From assembly GCF_009914755.1 (NCBI RefSeq), contig NC_060932.1: DNA of 64,000 nucleotides; one strand, 5' to 3'. This stretch comes from the human T2T-CHM13v2.0 reference genome, Homo sapiens. The position numbers were made by a program, and so were the translations under genes. Positions 31,017-48,955 of the stretch are shown here, piece after piece (position 1 is the first letter of the stretch; the number at the start of each line of letters is the position of its first letter). The notes below the pieces were generated by a model that worked only from the letters and a program-made list of their open reading frames with translations, ran no database searches and was not told the DNA's origin.

Positions 31017-33054
31017 ATTATGTGCATTATTATTTCTTTCTTTCAGCTCTATTAGATGGCTGTATCCATTTTATAGATGAGAAAATAAGCAAAGAGATGT
31101 AATATAAGTTGCCTAAAATCCTGATGCTGAAATTCATACCCAGGTTTAGGTGATACCACAGCCCATGTTCTTTCCCACATACCACACCAATTCTTGAAAA
31201 CACTTTTGTGTGTTTTTTCTTTCTCTCAATTCAAGCATACCATTCATTTCTTGGAAAAAAAAAATTGACTTTTAATAGGACTCTTGAAGAGTGAATCATC
31301 TGTTTGGATCTTCCAGATCATAGAACTGCCTTGATGTACTTTGATGACGCTGGAGGAATCTGCTTCATCTAGCTGAGAGAGAATCTTTTTCGGTCACTTG
31401 CATTTAGAGATTAGGGAGTAGTAATGATACCAGACATTACATAGCAGTTCTTCTTTTCCAGATCTCCATGGTTTTGGCAATTCATTTAGAATACAGTGCC
31501 TAAGAATTATGTTTCTGGTGGAATAGTTGGTGTGTTATGGCAGAGAGGAGGAGGATATTTATGGCATCCCAAGTTTAGAACAAATTCCATGAAATTTATT
31601 TCAAACATAACAACAGTAATCTCTTGCACATACATCATCTCGCGTAATCTTTACAACATCCACACGCAGGAAAGGAATGCATGAAAAGTACAAGTTCTGT
31701 TTTTAGCAGACTGAACACCATATAATAAGAATCTTGGAGGTGACATATTTACCCAGTGTCTCACAGTCAAGAGGCCACAAGGATAGCAAATACGTTCACA
31801 AGGAAAGGGGAAGTTTTAAAATGACAGATAGCTATAATTAAAGTTAGTGAAGAAAGGTTCAGTTATCAAGGGACAAATGAGTCAGCAGCAAGTTTAAACA
31901 CAAACTGTGAACTCTGGGTGTTTCTCTCATTGTGACTTATTTTAAGAGAGTATGATGCCATCCACACTCAGAAAGTAGCCTGAATCTAGATTAGGAAGAC
32001 CAAGTCTTAAGTGTCCCAGAGATGATGTTACATTATACCTAAGAAAATAATTATCTTGTTGAGTTATAATTCCTGAAGTTAGAATGATTTAAGTGTTATA
32101 TTTGTTAGATATACTGGAAGTTTCAGGCAAAGTTATTGAGCATTTCTGTCTACTTCTACTTCATTTTTAAAAGGTTTTTTTTTTTTTTTAAAGAAAGTTT
32201 AAGTAGAATTTTGGCATCTTAGTGCGTGGTGTGTTATTGTGTGTATAGCAAGTAGACATGGTTTACTCATTAACTATCTGAAATTTTGAAGTCAAATGAA
32301 ATGTTTCAAGTTAATATTGTAATTTGGCTTTATAAAGCAGCTATAATTGAATATTATATGTATATGGTAGCAATTAAATAGGGAAAAAACTGCGTATAGA
32401 AATTCAGAGCTACTTGTATAGAAATGCATTGTTGGTGAACAACATTTGAAATCGAGCACAGTCATACAATTTTACACATTCAAATAATACTAATGACTTG
32501 CTACATTTCATTTCAATTTAAGATTTTAGGAGCATTAATGTGGTATCACAAAAAGGGCACAATAATGGAAATCGAAAGACCTAACTTAGACATTAATGAA
32601 TGGATTCTACCCACTCTGGCAATTCAGTTTCTGTCTCTGGATCTCATGTCCTCACATAGGGGAAAGGCTTCATCTGTAAGGCTGCCTGCCAGATGATGAT
32701 AGATGATGATGACGCGCTCTACTGCTAACATGTGCTGTCTTTTCAGTATCATTCTAATATGTTTTCTTTGGAATTCCATACTTTAAGGAGATGTTCTGAA
32801 GTAATGAAGCAAAAGTTATTTACAAAGATATCCTTTATGATATTATTTGTAATTAATATATTAACAACGTATAATAGTTGAAGGCTAGTTATGTAAAATA
32901 TGCAACATCAATTCAATGAAATATTTTGCAATCATTAAAAATGATGTGAGGAGTTTTAATAACATCAGGAAATAAATGCTTATGCTATTAAGAGTTAACA
33001 GGGTATAAAGTTGAGTATTCAGTATGATTACAAGTAGGTTAACTACACATTTAT

Positions 33055-33310
33055 GTAAAGTAGACTTCATCAAAATTAAAACCTCCAACTTATCACGACA
33101 GACATTAAGGTAGTGAATGGACAAGCTACAACATAGGACAAAATATTCACAAAACATGTATCTTACAAAGAATATAGTATATCCAGACTGTGTAAAAAAC
33201 TGGAACTAATAATAAGAGACAACACACTTCTGTTTAAAAATTAGCAAAGGTTTGAACAGACTTCACAAAAGAAGATAAACAAATGGCTAATAAACATATG
33301 AAAAATATTT
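33055..33310 (+). mobile_element. Old L1M ORF2 3' fragment
   Basis: gacttcatcaaaattaaaa...ttgaacagacttcacaaaagaagataaacaaatggctaataaacatatgaaaa. Confidence 0.75.
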
Positions 33311-34039
33311 TTTAAACCACATTCATAGAATAAACACTGCTGGTTGTAGCATTATGCTTCTACCTTGTCTCTTTATCTACCTTCATTTTTTAAAATGTAT
33401 TTATTCTTCACTAGTTTTCTATAAAGAGTCTATATAGTTTTATAATCAAGAAACCAAAATCCCTCAATTTACTGAGAAAGAACTATTGGTTAGGAGTGAC
33501 AAGCATGCTTGGGAGGATATTTTCTTAGAAAAGAGGTAAGTGTTGTAAAACAAAACAAAAAGCGTATTTCTTCTTCTAAGATTTCAGAAGAATTGAAAGA
33601 AGAAAGGTACATGGCTGCTTTATCTTCACCCCTAGTTTTATCCTAAGTGTGCCCCTTCAGTCTCTGCCTATCACTGAGACAGTCTGGTGGACAGTGAGAA
33701 GCAGCCTCGTAATTACCCTTTGTTATTCTCTGTTAACTCTCATCATCCCCATTAACTGTATGTCGTTGATTTATTTGCCAGGTCCTTGTCACTTTGTCCT
33801 TGAAATATCAGAAAGTGTTAGTGGTTCTTGTGGAGAGTGTTGCCTCTTTGTATATGTTGAAAGAGGAGGAGGAATGCTTGCAAAATGTATTGTATGCATG
33901 ACTGTATTTCATAAGGCATATTTTAGCTTACAAAGCACTCTCCCATCTATTATCTTATTTAATTTTCACAACAACTTAGTGTGGTAGGTAGATAGTATTA
34001 ATCCCATTTTACGGATGAGGTTCTGCACAATCAGTTGTC

Positions 34040-34720
34040 CTGCACAGTTCTATCAATCAACCCCCAACAAAAAATTCTCCTGTGCCACTTTGTAGTTGAC
34101 TCCTCCCCCCATTCCCAGCCCCTGGCAACCACTGTTTTGTTTTTTCTATATATAATTTTAATTTTTCCAGAATGTTGTATAGGTAGAATTGTACAGTGTG
34201 TAGCCTTTTGAGTGGCTTCTTTCACTTATCAGAGTGCATTTGACATTCATTAACAGTATTGCTAGTTATCTGCAGTTTGTTGCATTCTATTGCTGAGTAG
34301 TATCTCATCGCATGGATATACCATAGTTTGTTTATTCATTTACCAGTTGAAGAACATCTCAGTTGTTTCCAGCTGGTGGCCATTATGAATAAAACTGCTA
34401 GGATTCATGTACAGAGTTTTATGTGAATATGTCTTAATTTCTATTGAGTAAATATCCAGGCATAAGATTGATGGCTTTGGTAAGCATATGATTGCTGGGA
34501 TTAGTAAGCATATGATGTTTAGCTTATAAGAAATGGACATTTTGTCGATATTATTTATAAAATTTTAAAAAAAAGAAATGGACAAACTGTTTTTCAATGT
34601 GCAGTCTATGAGAATTGCACCCTCACCAGCACTTGGATTATTTTTCGTTTTGTTTTTCATTCTGCTATTCTAATAAGTATGTAGTGATATCTCATTGTGG
34701 TTTTAATTTATGTTTTTCTA
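34040..34720 (-). mobile_element. Old L1M (MB/MC-like) 3' fragment
   Basis: ccagcccctggcaaccact...tggatataccatagtttgtttattcatt...gatatctcattgtggttttaattt. Confidence 0.8.
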
Positions 34721-34825
34721 ACCTTTTTTATATTTAAATTTTTCATATAATGTTCATGTTTGTCTATTAGCATATCTTCTACATTTATTCTTTAATTCAT
34801 TCCAGAAACACTATAGGTGACCTGT

Positions 34826-35190
34826 AGCAATGGTTCTTAGAGTGATTCTCATACCAGTAGCATGAGCATCACCTAGAAACTTACTAAAAATATAAATTTT
34901 TAGGTTCTACCCTAGACCTACTGAATCTGAAACTGGGAGAGTAAGACTGAATTTTCAGCTCTCCAAATGATTCTCCTGTAACCCAAAGTTTGAGAACCAC
35001 TGGTCTACAGCGGAGGTGCTCACCCATCCCTAGGCGTCAATATCAACTGTGAACATTAAAAAAAGAAAAGAAAATCAGAGTTCAGTCTCTACCCCAGAGA
35101 TTCAGATTAAGTTTGTGTCTGGTAAGTCCACAGGCATTTTTTTTTAATGTTCTCCTGGCAATGCTAATGTACAATGAGGGTTGAAAATAA
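34826..35190. mobile_element. Adjacent MER5A and MER5B-like hAT elements
   Basis: caatggttctt...cctagacctactgaatctgaaact...aagtttgagaaccactg, followed by a second degenerate copy (ccccagagattcagatt). Confidence 0.75.
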
Positions 35191-35503
35191 TCTACTGAAA
35201 GTTGTTTACTAGGCGCTCTAAACGATACAAATCTGACACCAATTCCAGATCTGATGCAGCTTATTATTTAAAAGGGAGGATCCATACAAACATATCTTAG
35301 CATAGTCATAAGCACATACATATAAGTCACTTAGTAATTACCTAATGAATTAAATTGTACTTGGTGTCCTGGTTTTAAATATAAATGAACTTCATTTACC
35401 CATATCTCAGAGCCTCATTTTGAAACTCGATGTTGTACTTAGCATTCATTCATTCAACAGATGTTCATTTAATATGCTGGGAATATGGCAGTGAACAAAA
35501 TAG

Positions 35504-36031
<528 letters not shown>

Positions 36032-36268
36032 CTGGATAACTTTTTTTTTTCTTTTTTTTTTTTTTTATACTTTAAGTTCTAGGGTACATGTGCACAACGT
36101 GCAGGTTTGTTACATAGGTATACATGTGCCATGTTGGTTTGCTGCACCCATCAACTCGTCATTTACATTAGGTATTTCTCCTAATGCTATCCCTCCCCCA
36201 GCACCCCTACTCCCTGACAAGCCGTGGTGTGTGATGTTCCCCGCCCTGTGTCCAAGTGTTCTCATTGC

Positions 36269-40061
<3,793 letters not shown>

Positions 40062-40124
40062 TATGATGTTAGCTGGTTATTTTGCCCGTTAATTGATGCA
40101 GTTTCTTCCTAGCCTCGATGGTCT

Positions 40125-41144
40125 TTACAGTTTGGCATGTTTTTGCGGTGGCTGGTACCAGTTGTTCCTTTCCATGTTTAGTGCTTCCTTCAGGAGCTCT
40201 TGTAAGGCAGGCCTAGTGGTGACAAAATCTCTCAGCATTTGCTTGTCTGTAAAGGATTTTATTTCTCCTTCACTTATGAAGCTTAGTTTGGCTGGATATG
40301 AGATTCTGGGTTGAAAATTATTTTCTTTAAGAATGTTGAATATCGGCCCCCACTCTCTTCTGGCTTGTAAGATTTCTGCTGAGAGATCCGCTGTTAGTCT
40401 GATGGGCTTCCCTTTGTGGGTAACCTGACTTTTCTCTCTGCCTGCCCTTAACATTTTTTCCTCCGTTTCAACCTTGGTTAATCTGACAATTATGTGTCTT
40501 GGGGTTGCTCTTCTCGAGGAGTATCTTTGTGGTGTTCTTATATTTCCTGAGTTTGAATGTTGGCCTGCCTAGCTACGTTGGGGAAGTTCTCCTGGATAAT
40601 ATCCTGAAGAGTTTTTTCCAACTTGGTACCATACTCCCTGTCACTTTCAGCTACACCAATCAAACGTAGGCTTGGTCTTGTCACATAGTCCCATATTTCT
40701 TGGAGGCTTTGTTTCTTTTTACTCTTTTTTCTCTAACTTTTCTTCTTGCTTTATTTCATTAATTTGATCTTCAATCACTGATATCATTTCTTCCAGTTGA
40801 TCGAATCGGGTATTGAAGCTTGTGCATGCATCACGAAGTTCTTGTGCCTTGGTTTTCAGCTCTATCAATTCATTTAAGGTCTTCTCTATACTGTTTATTC
40901 TAGTTAGTCATTCGTCTAACCTTTTTTCAAGTTTTTTAGCTTCCTTGTGATGGGTTAGAACATGCTCCTTTAGCTTGGAGAAGTTTGTTATTACTGACCT
41001 TCTGAAGCCTACTTCTGTCAACTCGTCAAAGTCATTCTCCGTCCAGGTTTGTTCCATTGCTGGCGAGGAGCTGTGATCCGTTGGAGGAGAAGAGGCACTT
41101 TGGTTTTTAGAATTTTCAGCTGTTCTGCTCTGGTTTCTCCCCAT
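40125..41144 (-). pseudogene. L1 ORF1p, disrupted
   Basis: MGRNQSRTAENSKNQSASSPP... and ...KPIRLTADLSAEILQARREWGPIFNILKENNFQPRISYPAKLSF...HAKL lie in separate ORF fragments. Confidence 0.9.
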
Positions 41145-41743
41145 CTTTTTGGTTTTATCTACCTTTGGTCTTTGATGTTGGTGACCTACAGATGGGGTTT
41201 TGGTGTGGATGTCCTTTTTGTTGATGTTGATGCTATTCCTTTCTGTTTGTTAGTTTTCCTTCTAACAATCAGGTCCCTCAGCTGCAGGTCTGTTGGAGTT
41301 TGCTGGAGGTCCATTCCAGACCTTGTTTGCCTGGGTATCACCAGCGGAGGCTGCAGAATCACAAATATTGCAGAACAGCAAATATTGCTTCCTGATCCTT
41401 CCTCTGGAAGTTTTGTCCCAGAGGGGCACCCGCCTGTATGAGTTGTCTGTCAGTCCCTACTGGGAGTTGTCTTCCAGTTAGGCTACACAGCGCTCAGGGA
41501 CCCACTTGAGGAAGCAGTGTGTCCATTCTCAGAGCTCAGTCGTTGTGCTGAGAGAACCACTGCTCTCTTCAGAGCTGTCAGACAGGGACGTTTAAGTCTG
41601 CGAAAGTTTCTGCTGCCTTTTGTTCAGCTATGCCCTGTCCACAGAGGTGGAGTCTATAGAGGCAGTAGCCCTTGATGAGCTGTGGTGGGCTCCCCCAAGT
41701 TCAAGCTTCTCAGCCGCTTTGTTTACCTACTCAAGCCTTAGCA

Positions 41744-42097
41744 ATGGCGGACACCCCACCGTCCCCCACCCCATTCCCCCGCCTTCCTGCGAAGCTTCAG
41801 CCTCGCAGGTTCTCAGGCTGCTGCGCTAGCAGTGAGCAAGGCTCCGTCGGCATGGGACCTGCCAAGCCAGGCACAGGAGAGAATCTCCTGGTCTGTTGGT
41901 TGCTAAGACCATGGGAAAAGCACAGTATTTTGGCGAGAGTGTCCTGTTTTTCCAGGTACAGTCTGTCACGGCTTCCCTTGGCTAGGAAAGGGAAATCCTC
42001 TGGCCCCTTGCGCTTCCTTCGTGAGGCAATGCCCCGCCCTACTTCACCTTGCCCTCCATGGGCTGCACCAGCTGTCCAACCAGTCCCAGTGAGATGA
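41744..42097 (+). other. L1 ORF0-like antisense ORF (117 aa), open
   Basis: gcaATGGcg start. MADTPP...CCASSEQGSVGMGPAKPG...EKHSILARVSCFSR aligns by eye to L1 ORF0 (MAGAPP...CCASNQRDSVGVGPSEPG...EKRNIRVGVTRFSR). Confidence 0.6.
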
Positions 42098-43077
42098 ACC
42101 AGGAACCTCAATTGGAAATGCCAAAATCACCAGTCTTCTGCGTCGATCACGCTGGGAGCTGCAGACCGGAGCTGTTCCTATTCAGCCATCTTGGAACGGA
42201 CCAGCCCTGGATAACTTTTTAAACTCATTTATTTAGTCACCTATATATGTTGATAACAGTGGTACAGATAGAGACTGTCTAAACCATGGAAAGATAACTG
42301 GAATCTGAAATGAGAAAATGTAAGTTCAGATAGTGGCACAACCAAGTAATAGTTTGTGGTTTTTAAAGCACATCAATGAAATTATATTTTTATGCAAAGT
42401 ATAGTAATATAATAATAATGCTAACTAGCCCACAGAGTTGTTTATGGGTTAAATCAAATATTATATGTGAAAAGTGTTTTATAAACTGTCATATACTCCC
42501 CAAATATTAGTTACCTGATATTTTTGAACTTATTAGAGGCATTTACTTTAATAATTTTCATTTATACATATACTTAAATTGTATAAGGATAAACATTTTA
42601 AAGTTATTATCAATTGGCATGAATTCTTAAGCATAAGCAATGTTTTAATAATTTTGTTAATGTGTTAAAGATCTTAATGAAGGATAAAATATTGCTGGAC
42701 TTTCAAGTAGTTAAGGAATGTTCTGTAATTGGCAAGGGTGGGAACAAAAAAATGTTGACAAGGTAACACATCATTTTTCAGTACAGTATTGGTTTTGACA
42801 ACCTTTTCTTGATAGGAAGACAGAAACTGAAGTGTCAGGAATTGCTGTATTCACCATGAACCTTCCTATGCTCTGATGAAAACATGAATATTTGTTATAA
42901 GCAAATGAAATGGAGCTGCAGCTATCACTATGTACTCTGTGGGCCTTTAATACAGTAGGGATTCCTTTATAGATATACATAGATTTAAATTGAAAAAAAT
43001 GGTCTTTGCTGTTTGAGCTCAGTTGTTTAGTTAGCCTTTAAAAAAAAAAAAAATCACCAGATAACTTATCGTAAATG

Positions 43078-43094
43078 TTGTGTGTGTGTGTGTG
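43078..43094. repeat. (TG)n microsatellite, short
   Basis: tgtgtgtgtgtgtgtgt seen directly. Confidence 0.8.
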
Positions 43095-44576
43095 TCTGTA
43101 TGTATATATATAATTTTTTTAGTACCCTCATCTCCTGTCAACCTGTTTGCCAGATTATAGACTGTATCATACCCATGGACCTTGCATAACTAATATCTAG
43201 AAAGAGGAAGGGAAGGAGGCAGAAATGGCTTCCTAGGGAGAAGCTTTTACTGAGAAATAAGCCACATGGCTCCACAGCCAGCCCATAGGTCTTTGAGATA
43301 TATACAGCCCATGCTTCATCCTACCCCTACCTTGTAAATGTTAATAGACTTTATTCTTAAATAATTATTGTTAACAGACTCTTTTTTAAGAACAGTTTTA
43401 AGTTCATAGCAAAATTGAGCATAAGATACAGAGATTTCCCATATACCCCACATGTGCATAGATTCCCCCATTATCAATATTTTAGTGAGTAGGCCCCTAC
43501 TATATTCAGAGCACTGCTAGTCACTAGGAATGTAAGTAAGTAATTGATGTCTTGGAGGTGAGAAGAAAAGGAGACTAGTCTCTTGAGATTACAAGGTCCT
43601 AGAAATTTAACATGCAAAATCTGGAGAAGATAGAGAGTAGGGTGGGGTTGTTGAAAGGTTTTTAGTAGGGTTTTCCAAAGTAAACATAGTCAGGTTATTT
43701 TAAAAAATAAAATATAACTTGTTAGCTTGAAAGTAGGAGAAAAAAATTTAAAAAAATAAAATTTCAGTGTTAGATATATTAGTCAGTTTACTTTCCTATG
43801 GGATTCCCTAGTCCTTATCGTGTAATTTACATTTGGCTAGAATGTCATTGCGGTGAGACAGATGCTTGTCTGTCTTAATCTGTTATATCCCTAGTGCCTA
43901 AAACAGTACCTGTCATGGAACCAGTGCTTAGTATATATTTGGGAAGTGAATAAAGGATTATAGAAGGGGGTTATGACTTAGTTCATGTGACCTTTTTTCC
44001 CCCATGGGACAAATATTTCATGACAAATACTTTGACACATAGTAGTCCTGGGAATAAAAGATAGGTCAAGGCCCTTTTTGCGAAGGTTACCTTGGCAGAC
44101 CTGGGCAACAACTACACTCTTAAGCACAAAGTGTGGCTGCCTGTTTGTTGGAGGTGTTCCCAGACTTCCTGGCAACCTTCCTTGCCCAGTTTGACCATTG
44201 GGTCCTTCCTTATAGAAGGTACTTCCTTTCTCTTTCCCGAGAGGACACTATACTGTGACTTCACTTCAGTTGCCTAAGGTAGGAAACTTACAAATTAGAC
44301 TCAAGAACTTTTCATTCCTTCCTCCAATCATCAGCCTTAACAACCTCCATCTTTCCTTTATATGGAAGCATTAATTTTTCCCCGTACACAAAGTATTAAG
44401 TTGACCATACTTCTTATATTTGATAGTTGTATGGAGTCAAGAAAATATAGTAGTAGCTTGTTTATGTACATTTTCCTCCTGCTGTAGAGCACAGGGGTTT
44501 TACTTTACATTTACCAAAAGCAGAAAATTCCTACTGCAGAGATGGGTAAGAATTATGCCATTCAATAAGATACGCT

Positions 44577-44616
44577 GTCTAGTCCCATTCCTAAAAGTCT
44601 AGTCCCATTCCTAAAA
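44577..44616. repeat. Perfect 20-bp tandem duplication
   Basis: gtctagtcccattcctaaaa occurs twice head-to-tail. Confidence 0.95.
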
Positions 44617-46039
44617 ATCCCTACCAGTCCCCTCTCCATTACTTTCTGCCCCCACTACTATTGCTGCTCTACTTCTGATCTTGCTGTCAGCCTCCTATAT
44701 GCTCCCAGCTCTAACTAGATCCGGCCAGTTTCTACCAGAATGATCATTCTGCAGCATATACCTGGTCATGCTTGCTCACAGGAAACTGGCAAGAGTCAAG
44801 TAGGGCATGGGCTTTCCATGGCTCCCTTCAGCCCTTCTGGCTCCAGGCTCCTATTTCACTTTCTCACTGCTCTCCTCTCTAGCCCTTGGAATCCAAACAC
44901 TTAACATTCCTAGAAAGTACTGTGTTCTCTTTACCTGTAGACTTTCACTCTTGCTGATCTCTTCATGGACTATTCTACCCCTCTTTCTCTTCCCTTGGTT
45001 AAGGCAAGTCCCTCCTTCTGCCTCAATGCAGAAATCACTGACTTCAGGGAGTCTTCCCTAAGGTAGAGCAAGTGCATGTCTACAATGTGAGACCTTTAAA
45101 GAAGCTTTCATCTGGAGAAGAGTATCTAATTACAAAGATTAGGAAAAAGTATGTGCTTGGCAGGAAGAGGGATTTGAGGCAAATTTTATGGTGGCTTTGA
45201 AATATCCTAATTATTTCATTTAAATAGTGTACTAAATGGAACCCCAAACTGAAATATTCAACTCATAATCTAATATTTGACATGCATTATACTGTCCCTT
45301 ATCCATCAGTAAAATGTTCTGTATCTGCTGCTTTTGGTGATGGTGCATCCCAGGAGACACACTGACTGAAACACATTAACCTTCTCTCTTGACTGGCTCA
45401 TTTGATTCAAATAACAAGTTCCCCCATAACCCTACTTCAAAAACTAGAAAGTATCTTACTCCATTTTCAGAATACCAAGTTGTGAGAAGCAGCGAGCTAT
45501 TCTTTGTTTTTGTTACTCTTTGTTTACCATTAACCTAGTAATCACCTCGGCTGGAGGCTGGAGATTGAAGCAGGGGAGTGGGGGAGGAGGACCTGAAGGA
45601 GCAGAGGGTTGAGAAAAAATGGTTAGAATTATAGGTTGTAAATACCAGTATCGTACTTAATAAAATATGCTAACTCTGATGGTCAAGCTTAAGCTTTTAT
45701 AATACAATGATTTAAGATAATTATAATCAATTGAATTTTAAAGATATAAAATGTGTGCCAAAACTCTTTAATATATTGTCCTGGTAAGTGTGCTTTTGGG
45801 AATCACTTCTAATATGATAGTCCAAAATTTAAGTGTTTTATATACAGAGATTTCTGTGTGATGTTCAACAAGAAACTTGGGAAACAATCAAGAGCTTTGT
45901 GAAAATTATCTATAAAATGACGTGTTCAGAAAATGTTTTATCATATAATATTAAATGTTAAAGCAGTATAAATATTTATATGTATTCTGATCACCGTGAC
46001 CAGGTAAGGAAATACTGTAAGCCATGAACAGAAATAGAA

Positions 46040-46840
46040 CAGAAGTCACAGGACTTGAGGAACAGCAAATAAAATAATCCAGTTAGATCAGATCATATGT
46101 ATATGGGAGAAAAGATTACAAGGGTAAGTTGGGACAGATTTATGGAGTTACTTGTTGCCTTGAATAGGACAGTTTGATTAATAAGTAATGGGGAGGGTTA
46201 CAGGTTTTTCATTAGCTGAGACATCTGATTAGATTTGAACTTTAGGAAAGCAAGTCTGGTTGTGGTATATAGGATAAGTTGGTATGGGAAGAGATCTTGT
46301 TACAGGGGTTTAGTCAAGTACTGATGATATGCTGAACTGCCATGGGCTAATTGGAAAGGAGAGAATGAATGCAAGAAGTGTTGTAGAAGTAGTATCTATA
46401 GGATTTGTCAAATATTTCAAATAAAGTAGACTTAGGAGAACAAGGAGTTGAAGTTGGCCATGAAGTTTCTAGTTTGGGTAACTGGGAAAATGGTGATACC
46501 ATCAAAAAGTTGTAGACTGTCTCATGGAAGAACTGGTCTTTAGGTGGGGAAGGTGACTTTCATTAATGTCAAGCGTACTGAATTTAAGGTGCTGGATTTT
46601 GGTATAAATCTTCAACAAGTGGTTGGCAGTGAAAACATTTCGTGTAAGACCATGGCTAAAGAGAGGGGGAGAAAGGCTTTTCACTTGCTTCCAGGTGATA
46701 GTTGGAGCTCTAGGAGTGAAGGGAAGAGAGAGCCTAGGGAGAAGAAGAAGAGGCAGAGCCAGCAAGGAGTGCTGCAGTGAGGGGAGAAGGACCAAGGGGC
46801 TTATGGGCCAAAAAGCATTAAAGGGAGAAAGTTTGTCTTC
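46040..46840 (-). mobile_element. L2 fragment
   Basis: Purine-rich L2-like blocks (gtttctagtttgggtaactgggaaaatggtgatacca, gtactgaatttaaggtgc). Confidence 0.6.
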
Positions 46841-47439
46841 TTAGTATCATGTTCTTATTTTAGTTGAATTTCCTATTACCAAGGATGCACACATTTCTGA
46901 GTCCTAAATAAAATTATTCATACTTTTCATATTCAAAAATTCAAAAACTAAGTTCCATAACCTAGTAAGATTATGGGGGCAGAGGGATGGAATTCACCAG
47001 TTTTTTTTTTTCTCTGCTTCTACTTCATTGGTAGTATTGGTTAAGAGTTTTCTTCATAGCTTCTTTTTCCTCTCCCAGAAATTGGTATTTAAAGCAATAA
47101 AGAGTAAAGGTCACACCTGACTTCTCTTGTCTAATTTTATAAGCAGGAAACACACTGTGTAGTTTAAAAAAAATTCTCATAGCACATAAAGTGATATAAA
47201 TGAGGTATACACATTTATTAGATAATATTTTAAAAAATCAGTTCATCCCAAAGCTAGCAATTACTTTTTATTTAGAAATTTTACTTTAATCATAATTTGA
47301 TTTTTAAGGTATTTTAAAATAAATATTAAACATAAAAGAATGATTTTCAGTGGCTGTAGTTCAAAACTGCTGTGGAATAGAAATTAGTATTGTGACACCA
47401 TTTAAGTGTCCAGTTTTAAATTAAATGGTGTTGAGTTTC

Positions 47440-47905
47440 CAGCTCTCTTAGTTTTTATTGTGGAACAAACCACCCCAAAACGTAGTAGCTTAAAATAACC
47501 ATTTATTTGGCTCGTGACTATTTGGCTTTGTCATTTGGATGGGGTTTAGCTGGGTGAGTCTTCTGCCGGTTAGGAGGGGCTTCCTCACACTGCCAGATTG
47601 GCTGGGAGCTTCTGCGCCTAGAATGTCTTCAGCTGTGACAGCTGATCCCTGCTCCATGTGGTTGCAGCCTCCAGCAGATGAGTTCAGATTTGTTCACATG
47701 GTAGCAGTGGGTAGGCAAGAGCCTCTAGAGCCGGAGCTGAAGAGCTCTTGAGGCCTGGACTTGGAAATCTCACAGTGTAACTTTTGTCAGACTTTTGGTC
47801 AAAGAAATTACAAGGCAGCCCAGATTCTAAGGGTGGGAGAATAGACTCTGCTTCTTGATGGGAGGGTGGTAGAAAATACTGTGGCCAGATTGTCAGTCAG
47901 CCATC
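47440..47905 (-). mobile_element. MaLR LTR (MLT1G/H-like)
   Basis: aacaaaccaccccaaaacgtagtagcttaaaataacc...caaggcagcccagattctaagggtgggagaatagactctgcttcttgatgggag. Confidence 0.75.
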
Positions 47906-48824
47906 CAGCTCATATTCATTTGTTCATTTTGAATACTCAAATACGAGTTTTTAACTGCTGAAACATCATTGACTGTATGTGTGTGTGTGTTTCATTCATC
48001 CTCTTTTCTCAGTACATTACCCCTGCAAAACAAGGAGGTATTTGAAGTAATCTCACTCTTCTGATTCATCTGTTTGATGAAAGACATGTTTGTTTATTCA
48101 GATATTAAAACAACTTGAAAAGAGAGTGTAACATAAATAAAATAAAACTACAGCTGGTTTACCTATACAGTATTTGTTAAGTATCTTTAACTGTCTGTTT
48201 TTGCCTGGCACTGGACTAGATGTATAGGAATAGAGAAAAAGAAACATGGGACATAGTCTTTACTTTCAAGAAGTTTATATGCTTATAGCATGGGTAAAAT
48301 TTATACCCAACAAATAATTTATTAATGTACCAAGGACTATGCTTTAATCAAAGGTAGTACATAGATGGATATGACCTAGTCCTTTTAGTGGAAATAGATA
48401 TTTAAAATAGTTATAATTCAAAGCATGAGAGAAATATAAACTGAGTGCTGTTGAATTAGAAAAAGAATAGGAGGAGACAAATGATTGAGTGCCAGCGTAA
48501 GTGATTCATACAATTAACACCTGAGAAGGGAGACATCTTTGAAACCAGAGGGTGATGGCTTCATACAGAAAATGAGTCTTGAACAAGACTTTGAAGAAGA
48601 GGTAGAATTTGAATAAGTGGAGAGGTAGGAATCCTACTCAATTTAGAATTGAGTTGTTTTCCCAAGAAGGTAATTATCTAATTAGAGTCTTTTCAAGTGG
48701 CAAGTATTAAAGAGCATGCAATAACATGACTATAGAAAGACTGTAGAAAACATTATGCTGGGAAGATTGCTGTCAATGTTTTTTTCCTCTCCAATGGTGC
48801 CAAGGCTTAATTTTGTTTTCTTTT

Positions 48825-48955
48825 TCTCTTAAAACTTTTTTAGAGATGGGGTCTTGCTGTGTTGCCCAGGCTGGTCTTGAACTCCTGGGCACAGATGATC
48901 CCCTCGTCTCAGTCTCCTGAGTGGCTGGGACTACAGCCATGCACCACTGTGACCA
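48825..48955 (-). mobile_element. Alu left monomer (FLAM-like)
   Basis: tagagatggggtcttgctgtgttgcccaggctggtcttgaactcctgggc. Confidence 0.8.
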
